Of a stretch of DNA of 64,000 bases, positions 1-10,622 are shown piece by piece. Each line of letters begins with the position of its first letter. Positions within the stretch are counted from its first letter, which is position 1. The notes below the pieces were generated by a model. The model had not been told where the DNA came from, did no database searches, and saw only the letters and a program-made list of their open reading frames with translations. A program made the position numbers and the translations under genes. The stretch is taken from the NCBI GenBank assembly GCA_965235115.1, contig OZ249436.1:35342001-35406000 (forward strand), given 5' to 3'. The stretch is from Laetmonice hystrix. Lineage: Eukaryota.

Positions 1-772
1 CTTAAGTGAAGGGGTTTCTTGGCAGTAGAAGTCAAGATAAAACCAGTGGGCAAGTTCTATCTGGAAGAATATGCGTATCAGGTCCTGGCGTTCTTCCTCG
101 GGTATGTTGATGATGAAGCGACTAGGAAAGAAAAAGCATCCCAATACTTGCTTAAACAGCACAAAGTATACAATATAAAGACAAAACTTAGTTAAAGATG
201 CTGTTAATTTAAATGAATACTGGACATGCTGTCGCGTTCACACCTAGGGTCACCTAGGGTCCCTGGACAGTCCTAGCTGCTGGGATTCTGTGATGATGTT
301 AGGCCTATAGTAGGCTTTTTTTCCCCTGGGTCTTGGGCCCAAAAAATAATACTGTGTATTATACCTGATAGCGTACTATACATGATCTTTTACAATAATA
401 TAATGCATGTGAAAATTCCGCAAATCTAGTAAAATGTAATACTGTTAAAAGATGTTCAGTTGAATCCACTTAAATATTTGCATTCTTTACTGGACTAAAA
501 TGATGATTACGGAAAAATATGTCATTATAATTACATACCTCAAAGTTAGTCTGGCCTTTGACAAATGATAAAGAACAGCTTCCCTAAAATAAAAGAAGCC
601 CTAGATCCCAGCCCTGGACTGGTAGATTTTCTCTAATATATAACTTTCATTACCTGCACAAGTCGTCAAAGACATAGGTCGGAATCTGGAAGCCGGACGG
701 TTGTGACTGGGATCCATTTGGGGTTAATGCTGAAGCTGAAGTCGAGATAGGTCTTGTAGGTGTGTGGCTCAT
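1..772 (-). CDS. DCP2: mRNA-decapping enzyme 2, N-terminal coding exons (772-654, 121-<1); gene continues off the window
   Basis: Manual splicing (GT-AG, phase 2) gives MSHTPTRP...[46 protein letters not shown], the Dcp2 Box A motif. The ATG-containing exon has an acceptor at 808-810, so a non-coding first exon lies further upstream (candidate donor at ~9849). Confidence 0.93.
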
Positions 773-2090
773 CTTGGGAATTTTAGAAGTTCTGTGATTC
801 TGCTAGACTGAAAATAAAAATATTTTGAACTAGAACATCTCTATTCTAAGGCCTACCTAACTTTCAGACTATCATGTGCCAAAATATTCATTGCCGGCAG
901 CAGCACAAGCTAAAGCTAGGTGTCGACTTGTCTTTAGACAGATTTCTATATTTGGGTTATTATAAACATTTTATTTTCTTAAAATTAATAAAAAAAAAAT
1001 TGTGATGCACCCTCTCCCAGACCAAATGTGTCCCATGGATGCAAACAGCCTCCAATTCAATGGGCTTACCAGCTAAAAGGTGCGACTTGCCGCATGGCAA
1101 CTCCTAATTTGACACCCTGGGGTACATTCTGACTGTATACCTGCGCGACTGGTGCAATCTTTTGAATCTAATACTTGCAGGTAACGCAGTGTTTTTTTGG
1201 CAGGAAGACGGTAACATTCTTGAACAGCTATTCTGCCAGAACGATCCCTTTACTTCTGGTGTGCGTGTGCACTTATTACAGTTGTGGACTTAGAAATGTT
1301 TCCTTCATTTTCCTGCCTGCAGGCGTTCAACACACACTATTGTGCCGGCATTACGGTCAGTCAGGTTGGGGGGGGGGGGGCACTCAGTCGTCGGGGGCTT
1401 TGCCATGGGCCTCAGTCGGGGGGGGGGGGGGTCAAGGGGGCTCAGTTGGGGCGGGGGGGCTTAGTGCCAATTTTGAGTTAACCCTCCTGATTTTGTCGTG
1501 ATGAGATCCTGGGGCCGGTTAAATATACTAATGGCAGTGTTCTCGCACTCTGATGTGACGACACAATGTTGACACCAGTGCTGAGATGAGCCCATCTCGC
1601 ACTCCCAGGGAAGTAGTCCTAATGACGACGCATATCACATGTAAACAAAAGCCTCATTGTGTGTCATCAAGTAGTGCCACACACAGATACTCTCACAAAA
1701 TCTGTATTTCTCACGATTTATTTTGCATATCATACAAAAATCTAATAAAGGCTATTAAAGTGACTTTGCAACGTCGAGAGTGAGGGACGGGTCAAGGAGT
1801 TTTGTTGTCACATCGTCTTTGCTGGCCTCCTACTGCAACAATGGCACTTGTCCAAAATTATTGTGACGTTACAGTATCTTAGTGATGACAATACAACTGT
1901 TCCGTCATAATAAGGTAGTCATTCTAATAGAAACCGCGCCCTGACGTAACAATGGCCCAGAAACCCTATGCGTAGTAATATATATTGCACAATGCTTAAC
2001 ACAATGATTAGCTTAGACTAAGTTAGAAAGGGCTGTTTTTCTCTTGTAATACTGGTTTAAATTGGTAGAAAATGGATATCATGCGAGAAA

Positions 2091-2236
2091 ATGCATATGG
2101 CATTGCTCCTCGTGCGAGATTTGCCTATCTCAGCACTTGTCAGGCCAGTTCAGGCCTCGCCTAAAGGCTCGGCCTGAACTGGCCTGACGCGTGCTGAGAT
2201 AGGCCCATCTCGCACTCGGAGCGATGCCATATGCAT
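2091..2236. mobile_element. Palindromic (foldback) MITE-like repeat
   Basis: atgcatatggcattgctc...tcaggccagttcaggcc / ggcctgaactggcctgac...gagcgatgccatatgcat form a near-perfect hairpin around gcctaaaggct. A partial copy (gtgctgagat..cccatctcgcactc) lies at ~1578-1605. Confidence 0.75.
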
Positions 2237-2400
2237 ATGCGGTTGTAAAATGGTTGTAAAATGGCCGCCACTGGATAGACGGCAAGCCCGAGGGTGAGCG
2301 AGGGGGTCTCCCGAAAATGGTCGGATTATATTAGCCTACAATGATTATCTTGGATATATACCTTGCTTGAATACCCTGGATCCACTAGGAACGTTTTGTC

Positions 2401-4272
2401 ATGAGCAAAGCTTCACGAAGAAGCCTGAGATCGAACAATAATTTGTCTGACATCAATCTTTTCCAACTGGGCGACAATTGGAGTAGAGTACAGGCAGTTG
2501 CTACGGTCAACAAAACCATTGTTGCTACGCCCGTGACAACCCAAGCGAGTCGGCCCGCCGCAGGTATGTTTCCTACGCACGTGACAACCCAAGCGAGTCG
2601 GCCTGTCGGTATGTTTAATGCCAACGTACACCCGCAATGCATGAACTCTATATACGACACCAGTTTTCCCAGTCTTCACCCACTCTCAAATACAAGTACC
2701 ACAGTTACTACAGCTGTATCAACTCTCTCCTTGTCAACTCTCCCGAACCCTACCAGATCACAAATGCCAGACATTAGGGTGACAAGTCAACTTGGGGGTC
2801 AACACCTAAATCAGCATAACATAATCCCGCCGTCGCAGCCTGAAAGCCTCACAATGCTCCCCACTAGCCAATCCTCTTATCCACTGAGTCAGGCACTCCA
2901 AGTCAAACCACCTTTCACAACTAAGGTCGACCCTGTTTATTGCAAAGAGGATAGACTTGAAAACATGATGTTAAACATGTCAAGTGTTCTCTGCCAGAGA
3001 CTTGACCAACTACAACAAACAAACACCCTAGCAATTGCAACAGCAAATCAAAATATATCTCAACTCCAACAATTTGTAAGTGGGATAAAGTCTGATGTCG
3101 ATGGTGTGCAAACCCTTAGCTTGAACAACAAACAAGAGATTGAGGATCTTAAGACCTCTATCACCAAAATAGAAAACCAAGTATTGTCAACTGAAAAACT
3201 CGCATTAGAAGCATCTAGAGCATATAACGACCTAACTTCCAACCAACTGCGTCAACCTGTAAGCTCCCACACTCCATCTCAGGATGTTGCCCATAACACT
3301 GACAGGAACCTCAGGCTGATCATCCGTGGGATACCTGAAGAGGAGAACGAGGATCTAGACAAGGAGATCTCTGATCTCTTCAATTGTCTAAAACTACCAT
3401 ATCACCACACTGAAACTGATGGTTTTCGACGTCTAGGTACACAGCCAACCGATGAGAAACTAGCAGAGATCAAATCACGAACCCCTCCAGGAGAAATACA
3501 ATATGGCAGACCAATAATGCTATCACTAGCTGCACTGCGACAAAAGATCATCATTTTTTCTCAACAACACCGCTTGAAGGGTCATCCCAAATATGGAAAT
3601 GTTAGAATCTTAGAGGACTTTAATGAAGCAGACATGATGAAATATCGAGAAGCCCGTCAAATTTGCGCGGCTGCTCGAAAGTGTACGCCCAATGTAAAAC
3701 TCCGTGGAACTGCAGTTCAAATTGACGGAAAAATCATCGAGGCAAAAGACTTTACCTATGGTCTGCCCTACCACATCACGCCAGAGTCAGCAGCCACCGT
3801 ACCAACTCCAGATGGCACTGCATTCCAAGGGCACGCCAGTCCCCTCAGTAACCTCTACAGTTGTGACCTTGAGAGCGATGGTGAAAAGGGGACCTCAGTC
3901 GAACATCTATACGTCCTAAGAATGGCACACTTGTGTAATGCCGAACCCTCGCTGATACAACAGATCAGAGTTGCAGAAAACCCCTACATCATCAAAAGAC
4001 TTGGTAAAAAAATCACTAAAACTGATGAATGGACCAAAAAGTCAACCGAGGTCCTACGTGACTACGTCCAATTAAAATTCCTGAAACACTCATTCCTCAT
4101 GGATAAACTCCAATCCTATGAAGGTGATTATTTCTATGAGGCGACTAAAGAAGAACCATTTGGTTGTGGGTTCCTCCTCCAAGATGCAGCACACATAACC
4201 ATTGACAAGATTAGCATGGGAAATGAAATGGGGAACATCCTGAAGGAGATCAGAGACAAATACAGACGTTGA
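2401..4272 (+). CDS. LINE ORF1p: S/T/P/Q-rich N-terminus, coiled coil, L1-ORF1-like RRM/CTD region, C-terminal NADAR (YbiA-like) domain
   Basis: 623 aa. Heptad-rich segment (~2950-3240), then RNLRLIIRGIPEEENEDL...RRLG...RPIML (ORF1 RRM-like). From ~3814: F.G..SPLSNLY, SVEH, NP...KRLGKKI, W, KF, FYEAT...FGCG, GNEMGNILKEIR, the NADAR motifs in order. Confidence 0.85.
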   Translation: MSKASRRSLRSNNNLSDINLFQLGDNWSRVQAVATVNKTIVATPVTTQASRPAAGMFPTHVTTQASRPVGMFNANVHPQCMNSIYDTSFPSLHPLSNTSTTVTTAVSTLSLSTLPNPTRSQMPDIRVTSQLGGQHLNQHNIIPPSQPESLTMLPTSQSSYPLSQALQVKPPFTTKVDPVYCKEDRLENMMLNMSSVLCQRLDQLQQTNTLAIATANQNISQLQQFVSGIKSDVDGVQTLSLNNKQEIEDLKTSITKIENQVLSTEKLALEASRAYNDLTSNQLRQPVSSHTPSQDVAHNTDRNLRLIIRGIPEEENEDLDKEISDLFNCLKLPYHHTETDGFRRLGTQPTDEKLAEIKSRTPPGEIQYGRPIMLSLAALRQKIIIFSQQHRLKGHPKYGNVRILEDFNEADMMKYREARQICAAARKCTPNVKLRGTAVQIDGKIIEAKDFTYGLPYHITPESAATVPTPDGTAFQGHASPLSNLYSCDLESDGEKGTSVEHLYVLRMAHLCNAEPSLIQQIRVAENPYIIKRLGKKITKTDEWTKKSTEVLRDYVQLKFLKHSFLMDKLQSYEGDYFYEATKEEPFGCGFLLQDAAHITIDKISMGNEMGNILKEIRDKYRR

Positions 4273-4703
4273 GAAATCTAATAGAATTTATCCTCGAAAC
4301 TATTGACTGTTTTAAAAGCTTCGTTTGGCCTACTGCTACTGATTATGATACCTGACCTATTTATATGATTTCACATATGAAAATTACCTGGTCTGACATG
4401 CTGGTATTGACTCTGAAGGTGAAGACATATGGGGACCTGCGGTGACGAAATCCGCCCAGGCCCTCTGCCGATTTGTTGCCGTATTGTCGAATCACTATCA
4501 TGGATTTCCTATTGCTGGGTCTTTAATTGTGTAAACTATGGAGTGATACCATTCCTGGGTTAGTCGATCGGTGGGTTCCCCTCACCCACACCTCTGGTTT
4601 ATTTTTAGGGCTGTACCACGCTCAAAGCGCTGCCCCTAGCACATTCTGCATTTAGAGGCACCGCCTAGATAGCACACCCTCATCTTTATTAAAATCTACC
4701 CAT

Positions 4704-7568
4704 ATGCAGTCACAAGTAAACTGCTCAAATATTACCTCCAAGGGGTTCCTCGCGATACACCTCAATTGTCAGAGCCTATGCAACAAGCCTGATTTGATCA
4801 AGCTGCACGTACTTAAAGATAAACCTGATATCTTTTGCATGAGCGAGACGTGGTTAAAACCTCTTTACCCAAACAATATGTTTCTCATAAACAATTATAA
4901 TCTTGAACGATTAGACAGAGCATGGCTTCCTCAAAGACAACACCACCCGAAAAGAGGTGGTGGCGTAGGTATCTATGTAAAGTCAGAACTAAATTACTCT
5001 ACTCAAGAATTCCAACATTTATGTCTTAGTTCCGCGGATATTGAAATATTATGGATTTGCATCCACCAACCCAATCAAAGAAAACTTGTTATTGGTACTC
5101 TATATCGACCACCCGAAGGATCAGTTTCATCTTTCTGTGACACCTTAAAAGATATGGTTGATCAAGTAACGCTCAACAGCAATGCTGAGGTGTTTCTTAT
5201 AGGTGATTACAACATAGACTACCTTAAGTTAAATCATCCCTATCGCAAAGAACTGAAATCGCTGGAGGCATTAACAGGCATGAATCAATTAATATCTGAC
5301 ATCACCCGCCATTCAAGTACGACGACATGTATTGATCTGATTCTATCAAATTCGGAAAACGTGGCTAAGTCAGGGGTATTACACTGGAATATTAGTGATC
5401 ACGAACCCATCTTCTTTGTTAGGAAAAAGGCCAGAGTCACTTATACAAGAGTTAACACTAAAGGGCGATCTTACCTAAATTATGATAGGAATCAATTTAT
5501 TAGGGACGTGAAAACCAGCAACTGGAGGGAATTTGATATGGAAACTAACCCTAATAAATCTTGGGAAATAATGAAAGATATATTTGTAAGGGCAATTGAT
5601 AAACAATGTCCGTTGAAACAAATACGTGTAAAAAATAGAAACGATCCCTGGATTACGAAGGAAATAATTGAATTAATTCATGAAAAGGATGAAGCAAGGA
5701 AGAGAGCAAAAAAATCGAATAAGGGCGAAGATTGGACTAAGGCCAAAGCACTAAAACACAAAGTTAACAATACTCTGAAAAATGCTAAACGCGATTTCAT
5801 CCTGAATTCACTGCAGGACAGGAATGACGTAAAAAAGTTTTGGGAGTCATTAAACTCAATATTACCCAAATCAGAGAGCCGGCAGGTAATAAATTTAGTT
5901 GATAATAACAACGAACAAATCCCCGCCGAGAAAAGCGCTGAGTGTATAAACAAGTATTTTGTAGAAATAGGTAATAAGTTAGCTGCGCAATTTGTTGATG
6001 AATGGGTTCCCAACTTTCCTCCAACAGATTTTAGCATGGAGGACTTCGGCACGGATGTAAAGACTGTGAAAGACCTATGCAGAACTATTGACGAAACCAA
6101 AGCCTCAGCCATTGGCAGTTTGTCCTCCCGTATTCTTAAGCATGCCTTCTTGGCCCTACCTGAAAAGTTAACCCACTGCTTCAACTTGTCTCTCACATCT
6201 GGGATCTTCCCAAACGATTGGAAGGTGGCAAAGGTGGTCCCCTTGTTCAAAGGTGGAACCAGAACTAGTGTTACCAACTATAGACCTATATCTCTACTCC
6301 CACTCCCGGGGAAACTGTTAGAAAAGGTTGTTCACGTAAGACTTCTCGACTATGTTGAAAGAAACAAGTTACTTAGTCCTGACCAAGGTGGCTTTCGGCC
6401 GGGTCACTCAACGATTGAAACCATTGGTGAACTAACCGACGACATAGCAGAGAACTCCAACTTATTAAAAGACACTCTTGTTACTTATATAGATTTCAAA
6501 AAGGCTTTTGATACTGTGGACCATGCAATACTACTAAGCAAACTCTCAAGAATTGGAATCAAAGGTAACACACTAAAATGGTTGCGCTCCTACCTTGACA
6601 ATAGACAACAGTTCACCGTAGCCAACAACGTCACTTCTGAAATTCGACCGATTACCTGTGGGGTGCCTCAGGGTTCAATCCTTGGACCTTTCTTATTTCT
6701 TATTCACATAAATGACTTAGGTAATGACCTGCACTCTTCCAAACAGAAATTATATGCCGATGACACCGCCCTGCAAGTCGCTCACAGTAACCCTGATACA
6801 TTAGGTGCAAATATGCAAGCTGACTTGGATATCTTGAGTAGATGGTGCTCTCTAAATAGACTAACCATCAATACTGATAAAACTAAATGTATGTACTTCC
6901 CTGCAAAAAAGAAGGACCGAGACTTTACTCCCCCTCAAATTACCCTAAACAATATCCCACTTGAATACGTGAAGCAGTACAAATATCTTGGAGTGTATCT
7001 TGATACTAAACTAAACTTCCAAACCCACCTTAATCAAGTCTACAAATTAGCCTCACACAAGATCTTTTTGTTAAGCAAAATAAGGAATCTATTAACTGAA
7101 CATGCAGCCATAACTATATATCGTTCCAAAATACTACCATATTTCGATTATGGTGATGTACTATATCATAGTGCCTCGGTTAATAATGCTGATCGACTAC
7201 AAAAGTTACAAAACCGTGCACTCAGAGTATGCCTTAAAGTTGAACCTAGAACACCTGTCTTAAATATCCACCAACTTGCCGGATTACCGTTCTTAAAACA
7301 CAGAAGAACTATGCATATACGATGCCTAGCCTATAAGAGAGCACGAAATGATAAATATACTGTGACAAAAGCTAGAGTAACCAGAGGCGGAACAGCAACC
7401 CAACTTAACTACTGGCTAGCTAGAAATAACATGATTGCCAACTCCCTCCACAACACATGTGCGAAGGAGTGGAACTTCCTGGATCCAACCCTTAGAAATA
7501 GCCCAACACTCTCTAGATTTAAAGAAGCCCAAAAAAGATGGTTGAAATCAAATATCCCTATTACCTAA
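4704..7568 (+). CDS. LINE ORF2p: AP-like endonuclease plus reverse transcriptase
   Basis: 954 aa, uninterrupted. APE motifs HLNCQSL, CMSETWL, GGGVGIY, YRPP, GDYN, SDH. RT motifs NYRPISLL, QGGFRPG, DFKKAFD, GVPQGSILGP, YADD, YKYLG. Confidence 0.97.
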   Translation: MQSQVNCSNITSKGFLAIHLNCQSLCNKPDLIKLHVLKDKPDIFCMSETWLKPLYPNNMFLINNYNLERLDRAWLPQRQHHPKRGGGVGIYVKSELNYSTQEFQHLCLSSADIEILWICIHQPNQRKLVIGTLYRPPEGSVSSFCDTLKDMVDQVTLNSNAEVFLIGDYNIDYLKLNHPYRKELKSLEALTGMNQLISDITRHSSTTTCIDLILSNSENVAKSGVLHWNISDHEPIFFVRKKARVTYTRVNTKGRSYLNYDRNQFIRDVKTSNWREFDMETNPNKSWEIMKDIFVRAIDKQCPLKQIRVKNRNDPWITKEIIELIHEKDEARKRAKKSNKGEDWTKAKALKHKVNNTLKNAKRDFILNSLQDRNDVKKFWESLNSILPKSESRQVINLVDNNNEQIPAEKSAECINKYFVEIGNKLAAQFVDEWVPNFPPTDFSMEDFGTDVKTVKDLCRTIDETKASAIGSLSSRILKHAFLALPEKLTHCFNLSLTSGIFPNDWKVAKVVPLFKGGTRTSVTNYRPISLLPLPGKLLEKVVHVRLLDYVERNKLLSPDQGGFRPGHSTIETIGELTDDIAENSNLLKDTLVTYIDFKKAFDTVDHAILLSKLSRIGIKGNTLKWLRSYLDNRQQFTVANNVTSEIRPITCGVPQGSILGPFLFLIHINDLGNDLHSSKQKLYADDTALQVAHSNPDTLGANMQADLDILSRWCSLNRLTINTDKTKCMYFPAKKKDRDFTPPQITLNNIPLEYVKQYKYLGVYLDTKLNFQTHLNQVYKLASHKIFLLSKIRNLLTEHAAITIYRSKILPYFDYGDVLYHSASVNNADRLQKLQNRALRVCLKVEPRTPVLNIHQLAGLPFLKHRRTMHIRCLAYKRARNDKYTVTKARVTRGGTATQLNYWLARNNMIANSLHNTCAKEWNFLDPTLRNSPTLSRFKEAQKRWLKSNIPIT

Positions 7569-7681
7569 GGAGATGACTAAACCGTATTCCTAGGCCAAAT
7601 ATACGAATATAATGTATATACATGTATATGTGTATTTTTATGTGTGTATTTTTTTATATTTGTTAGCCTCAAAAGGTCACT

Positions 7682-8250
7682 TGCCAGGTCTGGTCCGTTT
7701 GGACATCCCCTGCGCATCGGTGCCCATACCCTGCACTGTCAACATTCCACTCGGTTCTCTACATACTGTATATTATATATGTATAGATTGTGTGAATATT
7801 TACGTGTGTACCTTGGATATTTGTTTGCCTCCCACAGTCACTTGTGCTTTTTATGATATCCGTGCCAGGTCTGGTCCGTTTGGACATCCCCTGTGCATCG
7901 GTGTCCATACTCTGCACTGTCAACATTCCACTCGGTTCTCTACATACGTTTCCCGTGGCTGTTGAAATTTGGTTCTGATACATTACGTTGTGTCTGATAC
8001 ACTACGTTGTGTCTCTATGAAAGTTTGCATGGTTATAATACTGAAACGCAATACCTGTACTTGACACATGTCATGTAAGAGTTTAAACTAGAATCACTGT
8101 ATGTATAGATAGTGTGAATATTTACGTGTGTACCTTGGATATTTGTTTGCCTCCCACAGTCACTTGTGCTTTTTATGATATCCGTGCCAGGTCTGGTCCG
8201 TTTGGACATCCCCTGCGCATCGGTGTCCATACTCTGCACTATCAACACTC
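7682..8250 (+). repeat. Internally repeated modules in the LINE 3' UTR
   Basis: Unit A (tgccaggtctggtccgtttggacatcccctg...tgcact) occurs 3 times (~7682, ~7863, ~8185). Unit B (tgtgaatatttacgtgtgtaccttgg...gatatccg) occurs twice (~7790, ~8113). Confidence 0.92.
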
Positions 8251-9280
8251 TAGCTCTCAGTTCTCTAGACTGGAAGAAAAGTTCTCTACTTGTGTCCTGT
8301 GGTTGTTGAAACTTGTTCTGATACTTACGTTTTCAGCAATTTTCTGAATCTTTTACTTAAATTCATATGGTTACTGGAACTCAATACCTATACTTTACAC
8401 CCTGTCTTGCAAGGGTTTAACAAAGTCTTATCTGTGTACGTCTATGCATTATGTAATATTGCCACTTGTGTTATGCCCTTACAGTAGTGTGTTAAAGTGA
8501 CCGTGTACCCAATGCCCCCTGGGGAACTGGAAGAACCCTCCCAAGGGAAGTTTTCCCAGGTTAAATAAAAGATTTAAAAAAAAAATATATATTCCCGAAA
8601 TACATCAGACATTCGGTCATGACCGACGCTCATCGACATTATTCGACATTTCTTGCAGTTACGTTGGTCATTTTGTCCGGCAAACACTCACTGCCTGTGT
8701 GTAGCGAAATCCTGAATGTCACTGGGTCTTGATTTTAAGACCAAAATCAATGACATTCTGAACTTCAGATAGTTGTAGGCTCAGCAGAGCTTTGCCATAG
8801 GTTTTCTGTTTGTGACAGCTACCGTCATGATAGTGAAAATATGTAAATAGTAACTGGTTAAAGAAATTGTCATTTATGTGATGGTTGATTGTGATGTCTG
8901 ATGTGGATCAAAAATGTCTGACGTTCAGCTGCTCATCGTCAGACAAAATGTCTTGACGTCTCTCAAAACTTTTCGAGAACACTGTAATGGTCGATAAATA
9001 ATGACGTCGATATTTTAATGTAGACATCAATGCGTTGCTAAGTCATTGTTGCCAAGAAGCTTTCTATTTTATGTTAATTATCAACTTCTTTATTATCGAC
9101 CTTTAGTGAAACCGACCCCTGGGCTGTTAAACTTTTCAACCTCATGTCTGGAACCTGGGTATGTCCCGCAGGCCGCTATTTTTTTTTTTTTGGGGGGGGG
9201 GGGGCCTTAAGCCCTCGACTCCAGAGATCGGCAGGGCTCTCAACGCCGGGGAGCAAAGTCAAAGATGTCGGATGTCGGTG

Positions 9281-9454
9281 CAGGCCTCGAATTACACGAT
9301 GGCATTTGCCATTGTGCCTTTTCCATGTACCGTATCGTAAATTTGCGCTGTGCCCTGGAAAAATCTTACGTTGATTCTTATGTATCGACGGCAGTTTTTG
9401 CCGTGGCCTGTGCCCCTTTCAACTTATACTATTATAGTTATAATTCGAGGCCTG
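9281..9454. mobile_element. Short MITE-like element
   Basis: 14-bp terminal inverted repeats caggcctcgaatta / taattcgaggcctg. No clear TSD. Confidence 0.6.
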
Positions 9455-9849
9455 TCGCCAGTGTTGGTGCTAGGGGCGGAATCCTGCTATTCAACCAGCC
9501 ACTGGTTAAATAAAGTAACCTAGCCCTCTTATTTAACCAGCCGCTGGTTACATAAGAACCCTGAATATAATATTTAGCCAGTGGCTTGTCAAATAGCCTC
9601 TGCCGCAGAACAGCCCTTCGAGAATCTTTCCGGCAAAATAACCACTCGTCCACTGCCACACTGGCACTGCCCTGGCCCACTCATCTTCTTATGCACGAAT
9701 TTTTATGCACTGTCACTGTGTGACTCTGTGGGCAGTGAGTAGTGACAGTGTGGCACTGCACCGCCCCACTGGCCAGGCACTACGTAATAACCCGCAACAA
9801 ACGAGTGCTTGGATTGTCTCCCAAGTAAGGCAACAGTTACGATACTTAC

Positions 9850-10230
9850 CGCTTACACCAAACATTATTTGATGAACATATCGCCGATCATGAGATTAGA
9901 TGTAGCTAACACTCGCGCTCCCTCTGATTTTGAGGAAATAACTGGCGCCACCTGGTGAGTATGAGTCAAACCATGAAATATTTAGGTATAACCAAGTAAA
10001 TATATTTAAAGAATATTATTAAACAGAACTTCGGTGCTTTTCATTGAGTGGGGATAGCATTTTAAAAAAGATAAACCTATATATCAAGAGATTTCTTACA
10101 TTAGAATCATTTCTCAACATGCCATAATTATGATGTGACATGCACATTTAGTAAGTTACAAAAAGTCATCGCGATACCTAAGATGGCGTCACCCAGGAAG
10201 GATCAACGTGCAGCAACGTGTGTTCATCGG
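9850..10230. promoter_or_regulatory. Putative bidirectional promoter for DCP2 and NGRN
   Basis: Outward-facing donor sites (minus-strand GTAAGT at ~9844-9849, plus-strand GTAAAT at ~10230), a CTCF-like ggcgccacctggtg (9944-9957) and a YY1-like aagatggcg (~10180). Inferred. Confidence 0.45.
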
Positions 10231-10538
10231 TAAATTGCTGAATATTAAATCTTTAAAAAGAGTAGAAGAGTATGAACGTTCTGAAATTATTCTAAATATA
10301 AGTAGTTTTAAGTTTCACTCAACTTCAGATCCTGTCGTCACCTCTTCTAATTAATAAACAAGCCTAACACTTGATGGCGAGCGATATTGAGTGAAAGTTC
10401 TCTTGTAAACCTTGTCTTTGCCCTTCATAATCATGGCTTATAATTCTTGGTCACATGACCAAACTTCTCCTGGTCAAATAGCTTCTGAGTGCCTATTTGA
10501 CCAGCGACTGTTTAAATAAGGGAGTACGAGTTTGACTA

Positions 10539-10622
10539 CAGAGCCGAATTCTTTGGCTAGACTAACTACTGACACAAACTTAGCCAAGACTTAGGCGAGC
10601 TAGCCAAAGAATTCGGCTCTGT
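10539..10622. repeat. Short hairpin inverted repeat (MITE remnant)
   Basis: cagagccgaattctttggctag ... ctagccaaagaattcggctctg, perfect 22-bp arms. Confidence 0.75.

Larger units (their letters stand above)
2240..8585 (+). mobile_element. Full-length non-LTR retrotransposon (LINE), CR1 group (CR1/L2/Crack/Daphne-like), two intact ORFs
   Basis: ORF1 plus APE-RT ORF2; 3' UTR ends in a stem-loop (cctgggga...tcccagg, ~8517-8560), then aaataaaa and an A-run (8576-8585). The 5' end is approximate (YY1-like aaaatggccgcc at ~2258). No unambiguous TSD. Confidence 0.9.

Noticed and set aside
1..4272. Functional link between DCP2 (Nudix family) and the neighbouring NADAR domain
   Set aside because: The NADAR belongs to a mobile LINE on the opposite strand; the adjacency is most simply a chance insertion.
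4405..4470. Hammerhead ribozyme or SECIS in the inter-ORF spacer
   Set aside because: No complete CUGANGA...GAAA three-stem arrangement or SECIS geometry could be built by eye.
5678..6277. 199-aa antisense ORF inside LINE ORF2, and other short six-frame ORFs
   Set aside because: These are shadow frames of real coding sequence or repeats, with no recognisable motifs.
1977..8593. aatatatatt at 1977-1986 and 8584-8593 as the LINE TSD
   Set aside because: Low complexity, overlaps the A-tail, and would place an apparently unrelated foldback repeat inside the element. Not supportable without an empty allele.
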